This document shows positions 12,056-24,470 of a DNA stretch of 64,000 nucleotides, piece after piece. The stretch is taken from contig MU058547.1 in NCBI GenBank assembly GCA_013265495.1, forward strand, positions 1 to 64,000. Reading direction: 5' to 3'. Source of the DNA: Vicugna vicugna. Lineage: Eukaryota. The position numbers and the translations under genes were made by a program. The stretch's first letter is position 1; each line of letters starts with the position of its first letter. The notes under the pieces are model-generated. The model was given only the letters and a program-made list of their open reading frames with translations. It was not told the origin of the DNA and made no database searches.

Positions 12056-13764
12056 AAATGGGGGGTCGTATATAACACCGGGAGCTAACGCTGCCTGGCC
12101 CTTGTGGCAAGCCAGGCTACGAGCATGACCTTCCATTCAGAATCAGAGCAGTCCTATGTGTTCGGTACCATCATTATTTGCACTTTAAAGAGGAGAACAC
12201 CGAGGCACAGAGAGGTGAAGAAATTTACACTAACAATTCACACAGCTAATTAGTGGCCGAGCTTGGGTTAGAACACAGCCTGTCTTGCTTCAGAGCCTAT
12301 GCTCTTAACTCTATGGTAGATATTTTGGTGGGAGAAGGGACAGCACTTGGTGATGGATTCGTGCCCCATGGATCTAAGGCATGTCCGTGGGTGAGACTTG
12401 CAGTAAAACAGACAAATCCTGGGGAGCGCTAGACGGCGTCCAGCAGGATGACCACGTGAGGATCACTGCTTTACTGCTTTTCAGAGTAACATCTGTTCCC
12501 TGGCAGCCCTGACACCTGGTAGAGAGGGCTTCTTGAAGATAAAAGCACTTTGTAGACCACTTATTGCAAAGCTACCCCATCCTGGTGCTGGTACCTGACA
12601 GGCATTATGTCATTTAATTTTCACAGCAGCCCCGTGATGGTGATATGTCATCACGCTCATTTTACAGGTGAGAATATGGACACCTGCCCAGGTTGTGTGA
12701 GCTCTCAAAGTCACAGAGCTGATAGGTGGAGAGCCTGTCCTTGCATCCAGGCAGTCTGACCACCGCAGGTCACCTTCTTAATGACCTGTGCCCTGCCTCC
12801 TGCCTCTTAGAGGTGAAGGTCTCCATCTGGTCCTGCTTCCCCCCTCTCATCCTCTCCTCTCGTCATAGTCCTGATTTGTGTCAGAAGTTTGGCCAAAATC
12901 CAGTGTGCACACGCCATAAGTACGACACTCACAGACATTCTGGATTTGGAAGGGACTTTACATTTTAATGCATCCTTATTTTTCCTGGGAAATCTGAGGT
13001 CCAGAGAGGCTAGAGTTACTCCATATCAGTCACTCCTTGAGGACCTACTATGTGCCAGGCACTGAAGTTGAGTTAGTGACAATTGGGGCTACCCCAAGTC
13101 AACTTCAGTTTTTGTTTTGAAACAGAGAAATGAGAAGCAGAATAGAGGCCTCTCCCACCATGTCTCAAAATATGTTTTGTGCACTTTTGCCACAGTGCAT
13201 GGAAGCCAACTGATTTGAATGTAGCTATCCAGTTAAATGTGTTAACTAGCTCCTCCCCCCACCCCCTGCCATTATCCCTCATCAACAGCATTGCCATTAT
13301 TCACTTTACAGACTCATTGTTCTGGTTTTGTTTTGTTTTGCTTTGTTTTTTAATGAAGTATGTGACTCTGGGAAAGGTAGAGTCTGTCTGAAGTAAGCCC
13401 ACACTGCTTTGTGGTAGAAACAGCTGTGGACCCCATAAGAACTGGTATGCATTTTCCTTTCTCTTAATGAGACTTAAGTCTCAATTTTTCTTTTTCCCTT
13501 GGCTACCAGGAAGCTCACAGGAATTTTAGTTTGTCTCTGGCAAGTATGAAGGCCTTAAAGTAGATCTTCACATTTGTTTGTTCCCTGATTTTGCCTTTCT
13601 ACTTTTATTTGCATTTTCTCGGCTCCTTAATATTTTAAATTTTTACTATTGTGTTACCATCATTTCATTCTACGTGTTCTCATTACAAGCCATTTCAAAT
13701 CCTTTATGGATTAATATGAGGAGTATAAGTTAATAGGTGAATGTAATACCTCCTATTTTAAACT

Positions 13765-13960
13765 AGGAGTTAATAAACTTTTTCTAAGGGGCAGATCATA
13801 AAACGTATTTAAGCTTTGCCTTATGGTCTCCATAGCAACTACTCAACTCCACCCTGGCAGGATGAAATCAGCCATAGACAGTACAGAAATGAATGAGTGG
13901 GGCTGTGTTTCAATAAAACTTTATTTACAAAACATGGTGAGCCAGATTTGGCCTGTGGGC
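13765..13960. mobile_element. MER58-like hAT-Charlie MITE
   Basis: aaactttttctaaggggcagat...cagccatagaca...aataaaactttatttacaaaa...gccagatttggcctgtgggc; a second copy lies at about 26780-27000. Confidence 0.7.
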
Positions 13961-14044
13961 TTTTGGAGGGGGGTGGTAATTAGATTTATTTATGTATTTT
14001 AAAATTTTATTATTACTATTTTTAGCAGAGGTATTGGGGATTGG
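13961..14044 (-). mobile_element. Camelid tRNA-derived SINE, truncated before its tRNA head
   Basis: Tail and body ttttggagggggg...taattagatttattta...gaggtattggggattg match full copies at 22286 and 63160, but the sequence stops before ...aacc. Confidence 0.75.
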
Positions 14045-14049
14045 ATGGA

Positions 14050-14079
14050 TGGATTTATTAAAGAATTTTGTTAAACCAT
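14050..14079 (+). other. CDH1: Probable extreme 3' end of CDH1 3'UTR with ATTAAA poly(A) signal
   Basis: atttATTAAAgaattttgttaaaccat resembles my recollection of the CDH1 mRNA terminus. CDH1 lies a few kb upstream of TANGO6 on the same strand in mammals, and TANGO6 exon 1 is about 6.4 kb downstream here. Confidence 0.5.
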
Positions 14080-14246
14080 TGTCAAACTTGTTTTATTTGA
14101 TTACATGGTCCCAAGAAAGACAAAGGGTAGATGAGCTCAGTTGAAACATGAAGAAAGAAGCTATTTGAAGACTATTGATCCATTTGGCACATGATGAAAC
14201 CAATAAAATTCTCTTGTCAGTGGGAGACTGTGGGTTGCCCAGTGGA

Positions 14247-14385
14247 GTTGGAAAAAAGCAGCAAAGTTAGTACAGACGCAGTGCTTCTCCACTGGGGACG
14301 ACTGAGGTTGGAAAAAAGCAGGGCTTCAAACAACATTGTCAGCAAAGTTAGTACAGACGCAGTGCTTCTCCACTGGGGACGACTG
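14247..14385. repeat. Complex short tandem duplication at the end of a MER20-like element
   Basis: gttggaaaaaagcag and agcaaagttagtacagacgcagtgcttctccactggggacgactg each occur twice; the first copy lacks about 22 bp. Confidence 0.9.
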
Positions 14386-14629
14386 TGGTCCCTCTCCCTG
14401 GGGAAAGAAACTGGCAATTTCTGGAGATACTTTTAATGGTCATGACTGGGGAAGTGCAACCTGCATCAAGTCGAGGTCAGGGATGCTGCTTAAACATCCC
14501 CCCAAGCATCAAGTCAAGGTCATCCCCCCACAACAGAATTATCAGGCCCCAAATGCCAGTGATGCTGCTGTTGAAAATAGGCCTATGACTTTGCTCTGCT
14601 GGAGAGGTATGACCTTTTTTTTGATAATT

Positions 14630-15095
14630 TAAAAACTATAGTAAAATATATATAACACTTAACATTTTCACACTTTTAAGTGTACAAGTCAGTGGTGTTA
14701 AGCACATTCAAACTGTTGTGTAACCATCACTTCTGTTTCCAGAACTTTTTCATCATTCCAGATAAGTGGAATCATTTAATAATTTGTTGTTTTAAATTCA
14801 GGTTATTTCACCTAGAATAATCTTTTCAAGGTTCATCCATATTGTAGCCTGTGTCAGAACTTCCTTTTCACGTTGAATAATATTCTAATACGTGTATGTA
14901 CTACATTTTGTTTATCCATTCGTCTTGGATTGTTCCTACCTTTTGGCTAGTGTGAATAATGCTGCAGTGAACACTGAACATTAGTGTACACATAACTGTT
15001 TTGAGTCTGTGCTTTCAATTCTGGTTATATACCTAGGAGTGGAATTACCATAGAATACGGTAATTCTATGTTTAGTTTTTTGAGAAACCACTAAT
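14630..15095 (-). mobile_element. Old L1M 3' fragment
   Basis: gtaaccatcac...ttcatccatattgtagc...tgtgaataatgctgcagtgaaca L1M 3' motifs. Confidence 0.75.
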
Positions 15096-15469
15096 GTATG
15101 AACCTTGATTGGATTCTCAAGTGAAAATTAAAAATCTGTAAGGGTCATTTTAAGGAAAATTTTAACATGGATCTTACAGAAATGACACTCCCAAATATTA
15201 ATTTTCTTGGATATAATGGTTACATGGTTCACTAGAAGAATCCTTATTTTTAGGAGATAAATGAAGAATTTAGGGGTAAATTTATGATGTCTGGAAATTA
15301 ACTTCAAAATGGTTCAGCAAAAAAGCATGTCTCAAGACAGGTGGCACAAAAGCAAAGGTGGCAAGAAGTTCACCATGACTGAGTCTAAGTGACAGGTAGG
15401 TAAGTGTTCAGCTACAATTTTGGTTTTTCTTTGAGTTTAAAATATTTCAAAATAAGTTGCGGAGAAATA

Positions 15470-16205
15470 AGTAAGCCAGAAATTAACCCAGGTGTATATG
15501 GTCAAATGATACTCAACAAGGGTGCGAAGACCATTCAATGAGGAAAGGACAGTATGAATTTGGATGTAACTTTACATCATATACAAAAGGTAACTCAAAG
15601 TGGATCAAAGGCATAAACATATGAGCTAAAACTATAAAACTGTTAGAAGAAAATAGGGTAAAAGCTTCATGATGTTGGATTTGGTATTTCTTGGCTATCA
15701 CACCAAGAGTAAAGCACCGGTGACAAAAGCAAAAACGGATAAATTGGATCACTACAATTAAAAGCTTTTGTGTATCAAAGGATACCATCAACAGAGCAAA
15801 AAGGCAGCACACAGAATGGGAGAAAATACTTGCAAATCACATATTCAGAATGTTTTTTAAAAACTGTAGCAAAAAAAAAAAAAAACCCAATTCAAAAACT
15901 GGCAAAAGATTTGAATGCAAATGGCCAGTAAGCACCGAAAAGATGTTCAATATCACTAGGGAAAATGCAAATCAAATCATTAGGGTAGTGCAGATCAAAA
16001 CCAAAATAAGATGCCACTCCACATCTACCGGCCAAAAAGCAGAGAAATGTTGGCGAGGACGTGAAGATAACTGAATACTTGTGCATTGCTGGTGGGAATG
16101 TAAACTGTGCAACCATCGTGGAAAACAATCTGCAGTTCTTAAAAAAGCTAACCAAAGAATTACCATATGATCCGACAATTCCACTTCTGAATATTTACAC
16201 AGAAG
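15470..16205 (+). mobile_element. Old L1 ORF2 3' fragment
   Basis: Degenerate ORF2 C-terminus (…AGGNVNCATIVENNLQFLKKLTKELPYDPTIPLL). Confidence 0.85.
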
Positions 16206-17340
16206 AAGCCAGGGTCCTAGAGAACGGTGCCCCTGCTTCCTTTATGCTGGTTCCATGGGTACTGGCAGGGCAGTAAGTGGTGAAGACATCAAGACCTGGG
16301 ATCCTGCTGCCTGAGTTCAAATCCCAGTTCTGTCCTTCCCAACTGTGAGTTTAGACAAGTTAGTTAACCTTTTTGTACCTCAGTTCCCTTATCTCCAAAA
16401 GAAGGAGAACCTACCTCACCGGAGGGTCACTGTGACCACTAGATGAGCTGATCATGTTTAAAGCATTAGCAGGGTGCCTGGCTCGTGGTAGTGCTCTGTT
16501 AAATGTTAGCTTTCATTTTTATTGTTGAGTGAGGGCCACAGCTCAGGAGTCTGGGGTAGAGGGAATCATTTAAGCAAAAACAGGATATTAGGGGAGAAAA
16601 GGCAAAGCATTTCATTTTTAACTGGATTTAGTGAGTCAGACAGAACCACTCCAGTGCTTTGAGCGAGAGAACTATATGATCCAAGGTGGTGCTCTGGGGA
16701 GGGTACCAGAGACAGTGAAGAGGCTTTGGAGGCTGAAAAAAAGATGAGAGGATTCAGAATGTACCCCTGTGAGGGTGGTGGTGTTGTTTTAGAGGAGTTT
16801 TGGTATTTTTGTTTTGTTTTGTTTTTTCACTGGACTCTTATCTACCTAAAAGCAGAGCCTCCCAAAAGAGTTCAACAGTCATAAATCTCTTCCCCTGGGG
16901 TTCCAAAACCAGAGCCGATTGACTCCTATCACCACAGACTAGCAGTTGGCTCCACTGGGATAAGAAATGACTTAAACAGATATTGTCACAAAACTGTCCT
17001 ATCTCCCATCTGTTCTCCTACAGGTTGATTTATCTTTCCCCAAAGTCATTTGTTTTTCCCATTAGTGCCCTTTGTCTCCCTCCCCTTCCCCTATTAAGAT
17101 GATGTATCGAGCCCTCAGTTCTAACCTGAGTCACATTTCTCTGTGAACTCCCTCAGAGGTGGATATAAACCTGCATTTTCCTCTTGCTGATCTGTTTTGT
17201 GTCAGTTTAATTCACAGGCCCTTATATTCAGGACATAGAGGGTAGAGAAAAAGTTCTTCCTCTGTGACAAGGATCTGATTGGTGCAAAAAAGGAAGTGGT
17301 AATAAAAAGAGAAAACTTTTAAAATAAATGAAGACTTAGT

Positions 17341-17457
17341 GTGGGGAAGGTATAACTCAGTGACAGAGCTGCTGCCTAGCGTGCTGAGGTCCTGGGTTCA
17401 ATCCCTAGTACCTCCGTTAAAAAACGAAAACAAACCAAATTACCTCCTGCAAAAAAA
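17341..17457 (+). mobile_element. Camelid tRNA-derived SINE (Vic-1-like)
   Basis: ggggaaggtataactcagtg...gtcctgggttcaatccctagtacctcc plus A-rich tail. Confidence 0.85.
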
Positions 17458-19224
17458 TTAGAATCAACAATCTTCAGTGACCTCTGTGGAGTGGGTGGCA
17501 GGGATTATCACAGTGACTAAGGTTTTGAGACAAATAGGGTAAGAACTTAGGCGTCACCTAAGGAAATGGAATGCAACCACTAGAGTTACCAAATGTGGCT
17601 TTAGAAGGTAAGAACCCACAAGAACCTTCAGTTTGCTGGGGTCTTTATAGAAATTCTGTTTCTACAAAAACAACCATCAGTAACTGTTGGATGCTTTAGG
17701 CTTGGTTTAATTCTGGACTGAGGCAAACTGCCTGCTTAGATAGCTTGTTCGTCTCCTGACCCTAAAGTTCCTGCTCATGGGCTCCTTGTTGGCCAACTTC
17801 AAATCAATGGAACACATTGTACACGAATACAGGCCTCTGTGTGTGTCTTGAACATCCCCATACGGTTCATCGCATGTAGCTCCGGTGCGTATTGGTTGTG
17901 ATGGATGTTTAATAGCCTATTAGCAGGGGTCTCCCAGCTGTATTTCTGTGTTTTAACAGAGCTGCCCAGAACCAACTGAGGAAGGGGCTACCCAAATTCA
18001 ATTCCTATATACTAAAATTCCATGAGTGTAAATACTGAATTTTTAAAAAATAGGGTACTTTAAATCCCCTCTGAATAATTTTTTAGGCCAGGAGAGGTCT
18101 GAGAATGCCTCACTTTTTTTAGATACAGAGCACGCCTCCAATATCCTATTATATGTATTAAAATAACCCAATGTTCCATGAGGGATGTATTTTCTTGCTG
18201 TAAAAATTTTTATAGAATCTTTATAACATTGCTTTCAAGATTATACATGTCACTTTGTGGTATCTGAGCCTATGGAGCCAGGAAGATAAAATCTGGTGCC
18301 ATAATGCTTTGGGATAAAGGAGTCTCAGCTCTGGGAACCCTCTGATCATTTGTAAATCCCACACCAGTACTGTCCTTAGACTTGGGCTAAGGACGCCCCC
18401 AAATCCTCACTCACACCACACTCTGGTTCTGAGACCTTCGAATTCCCTGCCCAGCCATCCCTGAGCCTGCTTCCAGGGATTTGTGGGCCTCTTCGCTTGA
18501 TCTGCCCTCCGGAAGATACACCTTGCTCCCTGCATGTGCATCCCCTTTGTGGCAGGCATTGCTAAATACTTAAGAGCAGTGTCATTTTAACTCCCCAGGA
18601 TAGGCTCGTGAAAATGGTTCCATTATCTTCTCATTTTAGAGAGTAGGAAATGGATTTGGGCTGGAGCCCAAAGAAATAGGAGTGCCCAGGAAGGGGTCTG
18701 ACTCACTGAGAAGAAAGTTAAGTGAACAATTTCTTCTCCCAGTGATGTGGACTTGCATTTGGAGAACATCTCACTTCCCAAGATTTCCAGCAGCTAAATG
18801 CTAAAAAGCAGTCATCAGTCATGAACGCAGGCTAGCTCAGGGGATCTCAAGGAGAAGCAGGACGTCCTCTTGGCAGCAGTTTTGTAAAGTAGCTTTTAGA
18901 GCTTGTGACATGATATGTGAGATTATTGAGTTTTAGTGAAAGAAGTGGCAGGCATGCTAAAGGTCTTGCCCTCAGCAGCGCTGTTCTGGATTTGCAGCAA
19001 GCCTTTCAGTCAACATGACTTTTGAATGCCCCATCAGGATTCATGTAGGTAAAAACCTGTTTTCAATGATATGAATCTCCAACCCATTCTGTTTTACATA
19101 TTAACTCAATTTTGATGAGGCATGATTTTAATAGACACTGATTTTTCTGGGAATGCATGTAAATGGAGTAAAGATCCAACTTTTATTGGGAATTTTACTT
19201 ATTTCATTTAAGAAATCATATCCA

Positions 19225-20003
19225 ACAGAAACAGACTCACAGACATAGAATACAGACTTGTGGTTGCCAGGGGGGAGGTGGGTGGGAAGGGATAAACTGG
19301 GAGTTTGAGATTTGTAGATACTGACTGGTATATATAAAATAGATAAGCAAGTTTATACTGTATAGCACAGGAAAATATATTCAGTGTCTTGTGGTAGCTT
19401 ACAGTGGGGGAGAATATGAAAATGAATATATGTGTATTCATGTATGACTGAAGAATTGTGCTGTACACCAGAAACTGACACAACATTGTAAACTGACTAT
19501 ACCTCAATGAAAAAAAAGTTTAAGAAATCATATCCACAATGGAATACTACTCAGTCATAAAAAAGAATAAAATAATGCCATTTGCAGCAACATAAATGGA
19601 CCTAAAGATTGTCATTCTAAGTGAAGTAAACCAGAAAGAGGAAGAAAAATACCGCAGGATATCACTCATATTTGGAATCTAAAAAAAAAAAAAAAAAGGA
19701 CACAATGAACTCATCTACAAAACAGAAACAGACTCGCAGACATAGTAAACAATCATACGGTTACCAGGAAAAGGGGGTGGGAAGGGATAATTTTGGGAGT
19801 TTGAGATTTACAAATGATAGCCACTATATATAAAAACAGATTTTTTAAAAGTTCTGTATAGCACAGGGATCTATGTTTAATATTATATAATAACCTTTAA
19901 TGAAAAAGAGTATGAAAACGAATATATGTATGTATATGCATGACTGGGACATTGTGCTGTACACCGGAAATTGACACATTGCAACTGACTGTACTTCAAT
20001 AAC
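19225..20003 (+). mobile_element. Two tandem 5'-truncated L1 3' ends (19225-19519 and 19537-20003)
   Basis: Two L1 3'UTRs separated and flanked by TTAAGAAATCATATCCA (19208-19224, 19520-19536) and a degenerate AAAAATCAAATCCA (20004-20017). Confidence 0.9.
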
Positions 20004-20279
20004 AAAAATCAAATCCAATAACAATATTTGTAGCTACTCATAATGGATGGATGTGTTTAGTACTTATTTTTAAACTCAATAATGAAGAAATTCAACAATA
20101 TGCAGTTGCATATTCCCAAACTTCATTATAAGGTGCAGCATCTGTTTACTTCACTATGAATCTTTTAGCGTTTTGATACCTGAATATTTTCATACTGAAA
20201 TGCATATTATTTCATGATTAAACTACTTTTCTCACCCTTTTTCTTTATATAGACGTTAATCTATTGAGTTTCTGAAATT

Positions 20280-20900
20280 GTGCGCGTACTTAGTTTGTGT
20301 TACCTATGTTTATTCCTCCCTCCCGGGAGTGCAGGGGGCCTGAGAAAAGAGTTCTTTGTGAAGGGGGCGTTCCCGACTAAGTCGGCCCCGCCCCACGCCG
20401 CAGGCCGCCCCGAGAGCCTCGGCCACACTCAATCTGGCGGCGGCTCCGGTCGGCCTAGGCGACTGCGCAGGTCGCCAAGTGGCGCGTTCCACTCTACCCA
20501 GGGAGGCGCCCCAGCAGGCTGCGGGCGGCGGGGCTCTGGAAACGTGTGGTCTGTACGGATTTTGGAGGCGCTGAAGCTGCAGCTGAGCCTGGGAGGTGAG
20601 AGAACGGGTCTCGGCGTCGCTGCACACGGGGACCCTCAGGGCCGCCGGCCTTCCATGTCTGCCCTGCCACCCGTGGCGTGCGTCCCTCAGGCCCTCCCCG
20701 GGACCCCTGGCCCTCTGGCCGACCCTCCCCGCGCCTGGGGCTTTGGGCATGGTCTGTCCAGCCTTATTTCACCCTTGAGGAACCCAAGGCCCAAGGAGGG
20801 ATGAGATTCTCGAATACTGATACTGAACAATGTCTCTCGAGTGCCGACTGTGTTCAGCGCCGCGGCGCGTGCTCTCATCAGTCCTTACTGCAGCGCTGTA
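20280..20900 (+). promoter_or_regulatory. TANGO6: CpG island / TANGO6 promoter
   Basis: CpG-rich, with GC box GGCCCCGCCCC at about 20383 and an NRF1-like TGCGCA at about 20464; it surrounds TANGO6 exon 1. Confidence 0.8.
20503..20595 (+). pseudogene. TANGO6: TANGO6 exon 1 (start codon lost, 1-bp deletion)
   Basis: GAG GCG CCC CAG CAG GCT GCG GGC GGC GGG GCT CTG GAA ACG TGT GGT CTG TA CGG ATT TTG GAG GCG CTG AAG CTG CAG CTG AGC CTG GGA G|gtgag versus recalled [32 protein letters not shown]. No ATG is present. Confidence 0.88.
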
Positions 20901-22285
20901 AGGCAGCTGCTGCTGAAAAGCAGCTTCAGAGAGGGCCCGACCTCTTGAGGGCGCAGAGTCTGATGTGGACACTGGAGATTTGTACAAAATGCCAAGGAGG
21001 CCAGAAAAAGGAGCAGTGACGTTTGAGCTGGGTTTGGGAGAGGATTTAGGGGCTTACAGTCTATGGGAGAGATTTACGGTCACTTTTAATCTTTCTTGGT
21101 GTGTTGATAAGATCTTCTCAATTTAGAATTAGAAGGGACCTTAGGAGTAATGTAGCCTGTCACTCTCCTTTTACAGTTTTTACGTGGAGGACACCCACGA
21201 CTCACTAAAGAGATTAAGTAACCTGACCAAAATCACATAGTCAAATTAGGGACAGGACACGGACCTAGAACAAAGGTCTGTGGAACCCCCTGCTCAAACT
21301 AAGGCATGCTATTCAGTATAGAGCCTCTGATGTTAATCCGGAGCTTTGAGAAAGATGTACTAGAAATATGTCCCTACTTGTAATTAGCGTGTATATTTTG
21401 GAGGAAGAAGTTTGTAGAGTGGGCGAGGTAAGATACATGACGGTGATTGTTCCCAGTCTCCTGATTTTGAGATTACCCACCCTCTCCAAAACTGCGAACA
21501 AAACATAATACCATACTTGGGGCAAGTAAAAAGTTATTAGTTGCAGTAATTAAATGCATACTAAGTATCAGTCTCCAGAGCCTGCTGTTTACATATGTGT
21601 CATTTTATCCTCACAACAATCCCATGAGATAGGTATTACTTGTAATCCATTTTACAGATAAAGGAACCGAGGCGCAGATATATTGGACATTGCCCAATGA
21701 CAGTCTAAGTGGTAGGGCTAGGATTTGAACTCAGACCCTCTCCATTATAGTATGACAACTGTACTGCTTTGCCCCAGTGAACAATTAAATTGGAAAGTAC
21801 AGTCTTAACTTCCTAATTAAAAAAGAAAAAAAACTTGCTAATTGAGAGGTCACTTGTGTAGCAACTGCAACTATCTAGAACATGACTGAGAACAGAGACA
21901 AGTAAAAATAATCCGGATATAATCGTCGTCACAAAGCACATATACTTCATTTATAGAAGACCCTAACTCTCAAAGAACGTGTGGTGGAGTTACATACATG
22001 TACCATGTATCTTAGAAGAATTCAAGCATTACTATTTGAAAAGGAATGATTTAAATAGTGTGGTAAAATGATAGTATTTTACATAGATAGATTATTATAT
22101 ATTGTGTGACTCTTTCTGCTGTTTTCTTTTGTATCAGCTGCTGAGGGAATTAAAAAATTATCTGTGCTTAATAAGTATTCAGAGTTCCTGATGGGCAAAG
22201 GGTGTTGAAACAGGATGAAAGTATTTGTTAAAATTACATCCTGCTAGATTAAACTTCTTTTGACCCGTCTTTTTTTTCAAGTTGA

Positions 22286-22412
22286 TTTTTTTTTTTGGCG
22301 CAGGGGGACATAATTAGGTTTATTATTTATTTTAATGGAGGTACTGCGGATTGAACCTAGGACCTCATGCATGCTAGGTATGCACTCTACCACTGAGTTG
22401 TACCCTGCCCCC
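22286..22412 (-). mobile_element. Camelid tRNA-derived SINE
   Basis: Reverse complement has gggtacaactcagtggtagagtgc...gaggtcctaggttcaatcc. Confidence 0.88.
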
Positions 22413-23604
22413 TTGATCTGTCTTTAAGTTGACTACCTTTGAGGTAATATTTACTTAGAGTCAACTGTATGTAGTATTCTATCCTCAGTGCTTTTGGAGA
22501 TAGAAATAAGTATATGTTATATATACTTATTGTTTTATATATATATATATAAAACAACTTGTGCTCTCAAGCATCTTGTTTGTTTGGAGAGATGGTACCA
22601 CATATATAGACCAAAGATATTAAACATGGCAGGATAATATTGGTGGTGAATGGATGGTACAGATAGCAGTTGGATAGAAAAGAAGTTGTCTAGGGATGGG
22701 ACTATAGAGGCTGCAAGAAGAAGAATTCAGTCTAGGTGGGAACTGAGTAGACAGGATGGAAGGAGGATACCAAGTCTTTCCCTTTAGAGCCATCAAAAGT
22801 TCTGCTTAAGCATTTTCTTTTCCCCTGCCTTCCATTTCTACTCTCAATTACGGGGCAAATAATATCTCCACCTCCATTATTAAGGAGTGTGTTAAGCAGT
22901 ATTTGAAAGGGGTTTGTCAGTTTCAGTGAAGTTTTGCTTGAAGTCATCTCAGCAATAGTTTTCCTACAAGATAACTTTCCATATTAAATATATATTCATT
23001 GAATTCTGTCATTAAATTTGAATTTTGCAGTGTGAGGGAGGGCTGGAAATGTTGATAATTTGTAAATAATGAAGCTGTATCACCCTTATTCTTGCATGCC
23101 ATATTGCTTTGCACTTTGAACTTAATAAAAAGTACCACACAATCATGAAGTCTGCTTTTAAATGTCACAAAGCATAGACATTTAAATTGGTGATTGGGAA
23201 GAATAAATAGTGCTGTTTATGAGGGCAGCATTTCCCAAAGTGTGGTAGGTGTGGTCTTAGGCAGTCTGCAGGGAAACATTTTGAGGCTAAATAGCACATA
23301 TTAGTGATCAAGAGCTTGGGTTCTGGAGCCAGGTTGCCAGAGCTGAATGTGCCCTGAGGCAGACAGCTTAGCCTCCTCTGGAAATAAAGAATAAGAATAT
23401 AATACGCCATACCTTACAGAGTTGGTGTGACAATTGAATTAAATACAGAAAGCCCTTAGGACAGTGTGTTAACTGTTACTAATTCAAGATTTTTTAAATG
23501 ATTTAATTTGAAGAAATAAGCAAATAACAATATAGCTGGTACTCAGATAAATGGCAAGAATTGTGGAAGTGCTATATGGCTGTCATTTGGAGAACTGTTT
23601 TAAG

Positions 23605-24470
23605 GCAGCAGATCTGAAACTGTGGCTTCAGCACTCTTGCAGTCTTGAAAAGTGCTGAGGAGGGGAGGGTATAGCTCAGTGGTAGAGTATGGGCTTAGCA
23701 TGCCAAGATCCTGGGTTCAATCCCCAGTACCTCCATTAAAAAAAAAAAAGTAAATAAACCTAATTATCCCCTTCAAAAAAAAAGAGTAAGAAAAAAAATT
23801 TTTAAGATAAGGATTAAAAAAAACTTTAAAAATTTTTAAAAACTAAAAGTGCTGAGGAATTCGAAAAGTTTTTATGTGGGTTATGTGTATCAGTGTTTAC
23901 CATACTAGAAATTAAGACTTAAACCATTTAAATTTATTTAAATGTAACAATAACAAACCTGTTACATGTTATCATAATGACATTTTTAATGAAAAATGTA
24001 TTTAGCAAAGTAAAATAGTTTATCAGGAAGAGAGGCATTGTTTTACACTTGAGTGACATTGTTTTACATTTTTGCAAATCTTCATGTTTGGCTTGTTAGA
24101 AGACAGCTGGATTTTCTTATTTGCTTCTCTGTTCAGTTTGTCTTGACAGGTGGTTTTGATTGAAATAGAGGAAGAAAATCTAGATGCACATAGATATGTA
24201 GTTTGAAAGGAAGGAGATTTCAATCATCTTTTCAGATAATTGTGTATATTCCTCTTTATATTCTGTTAAAGCTCAACAAGAGGTAACTTCGTAAGTTCGT
24301 ATCAATGAACTTTTTGCACTTGGTACATTCAAGAAAGAACGACAGCGTAAAAGACAGATAATGCCTTAGTATTAATATGAAAATAGTTTTGACCTAGCAG
24401 ACTCTCAGAGAACCTTGGGAAGGGCCTCAAAACCTGAGTCCCTACACCACACTTTGGGAAATGCTGCCTT
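23605..24470. mobile_element. hAT-Charlie-like DNA transposon relic, interrupted by a SINE
   Basis: Charlie-like internal sequence and terminus ...ccacactttgggaaatgctg. Confidence 0.5.
23662..23844 (+). mobile_element. Camelid tRNA-derived SINE with 14-bp TSD
   Basis: ggggagggtatagctcagtggtagag...ctgggttcaatccccagtacctcc; TSD AAAAGTGCTGAGGA at 23648-23661 and 23845-23858. Confidence 0.92.

Noticed and set aside
20280..21019. 174-aa and 113-aa ORFs over the second CpG island
   Set aside because: Non-ATG starts; only the [11 protein letters not shown] segment is real (frameshifted TANGO6 exon 1), and the rest reads into intron
23662..23735. tRNA-like sequences with A and B boxes (also 17341, 22340, 45791, 63215)
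   Set aside because: SINE heads with tails and, where seen, TSDs; not tRNA genes
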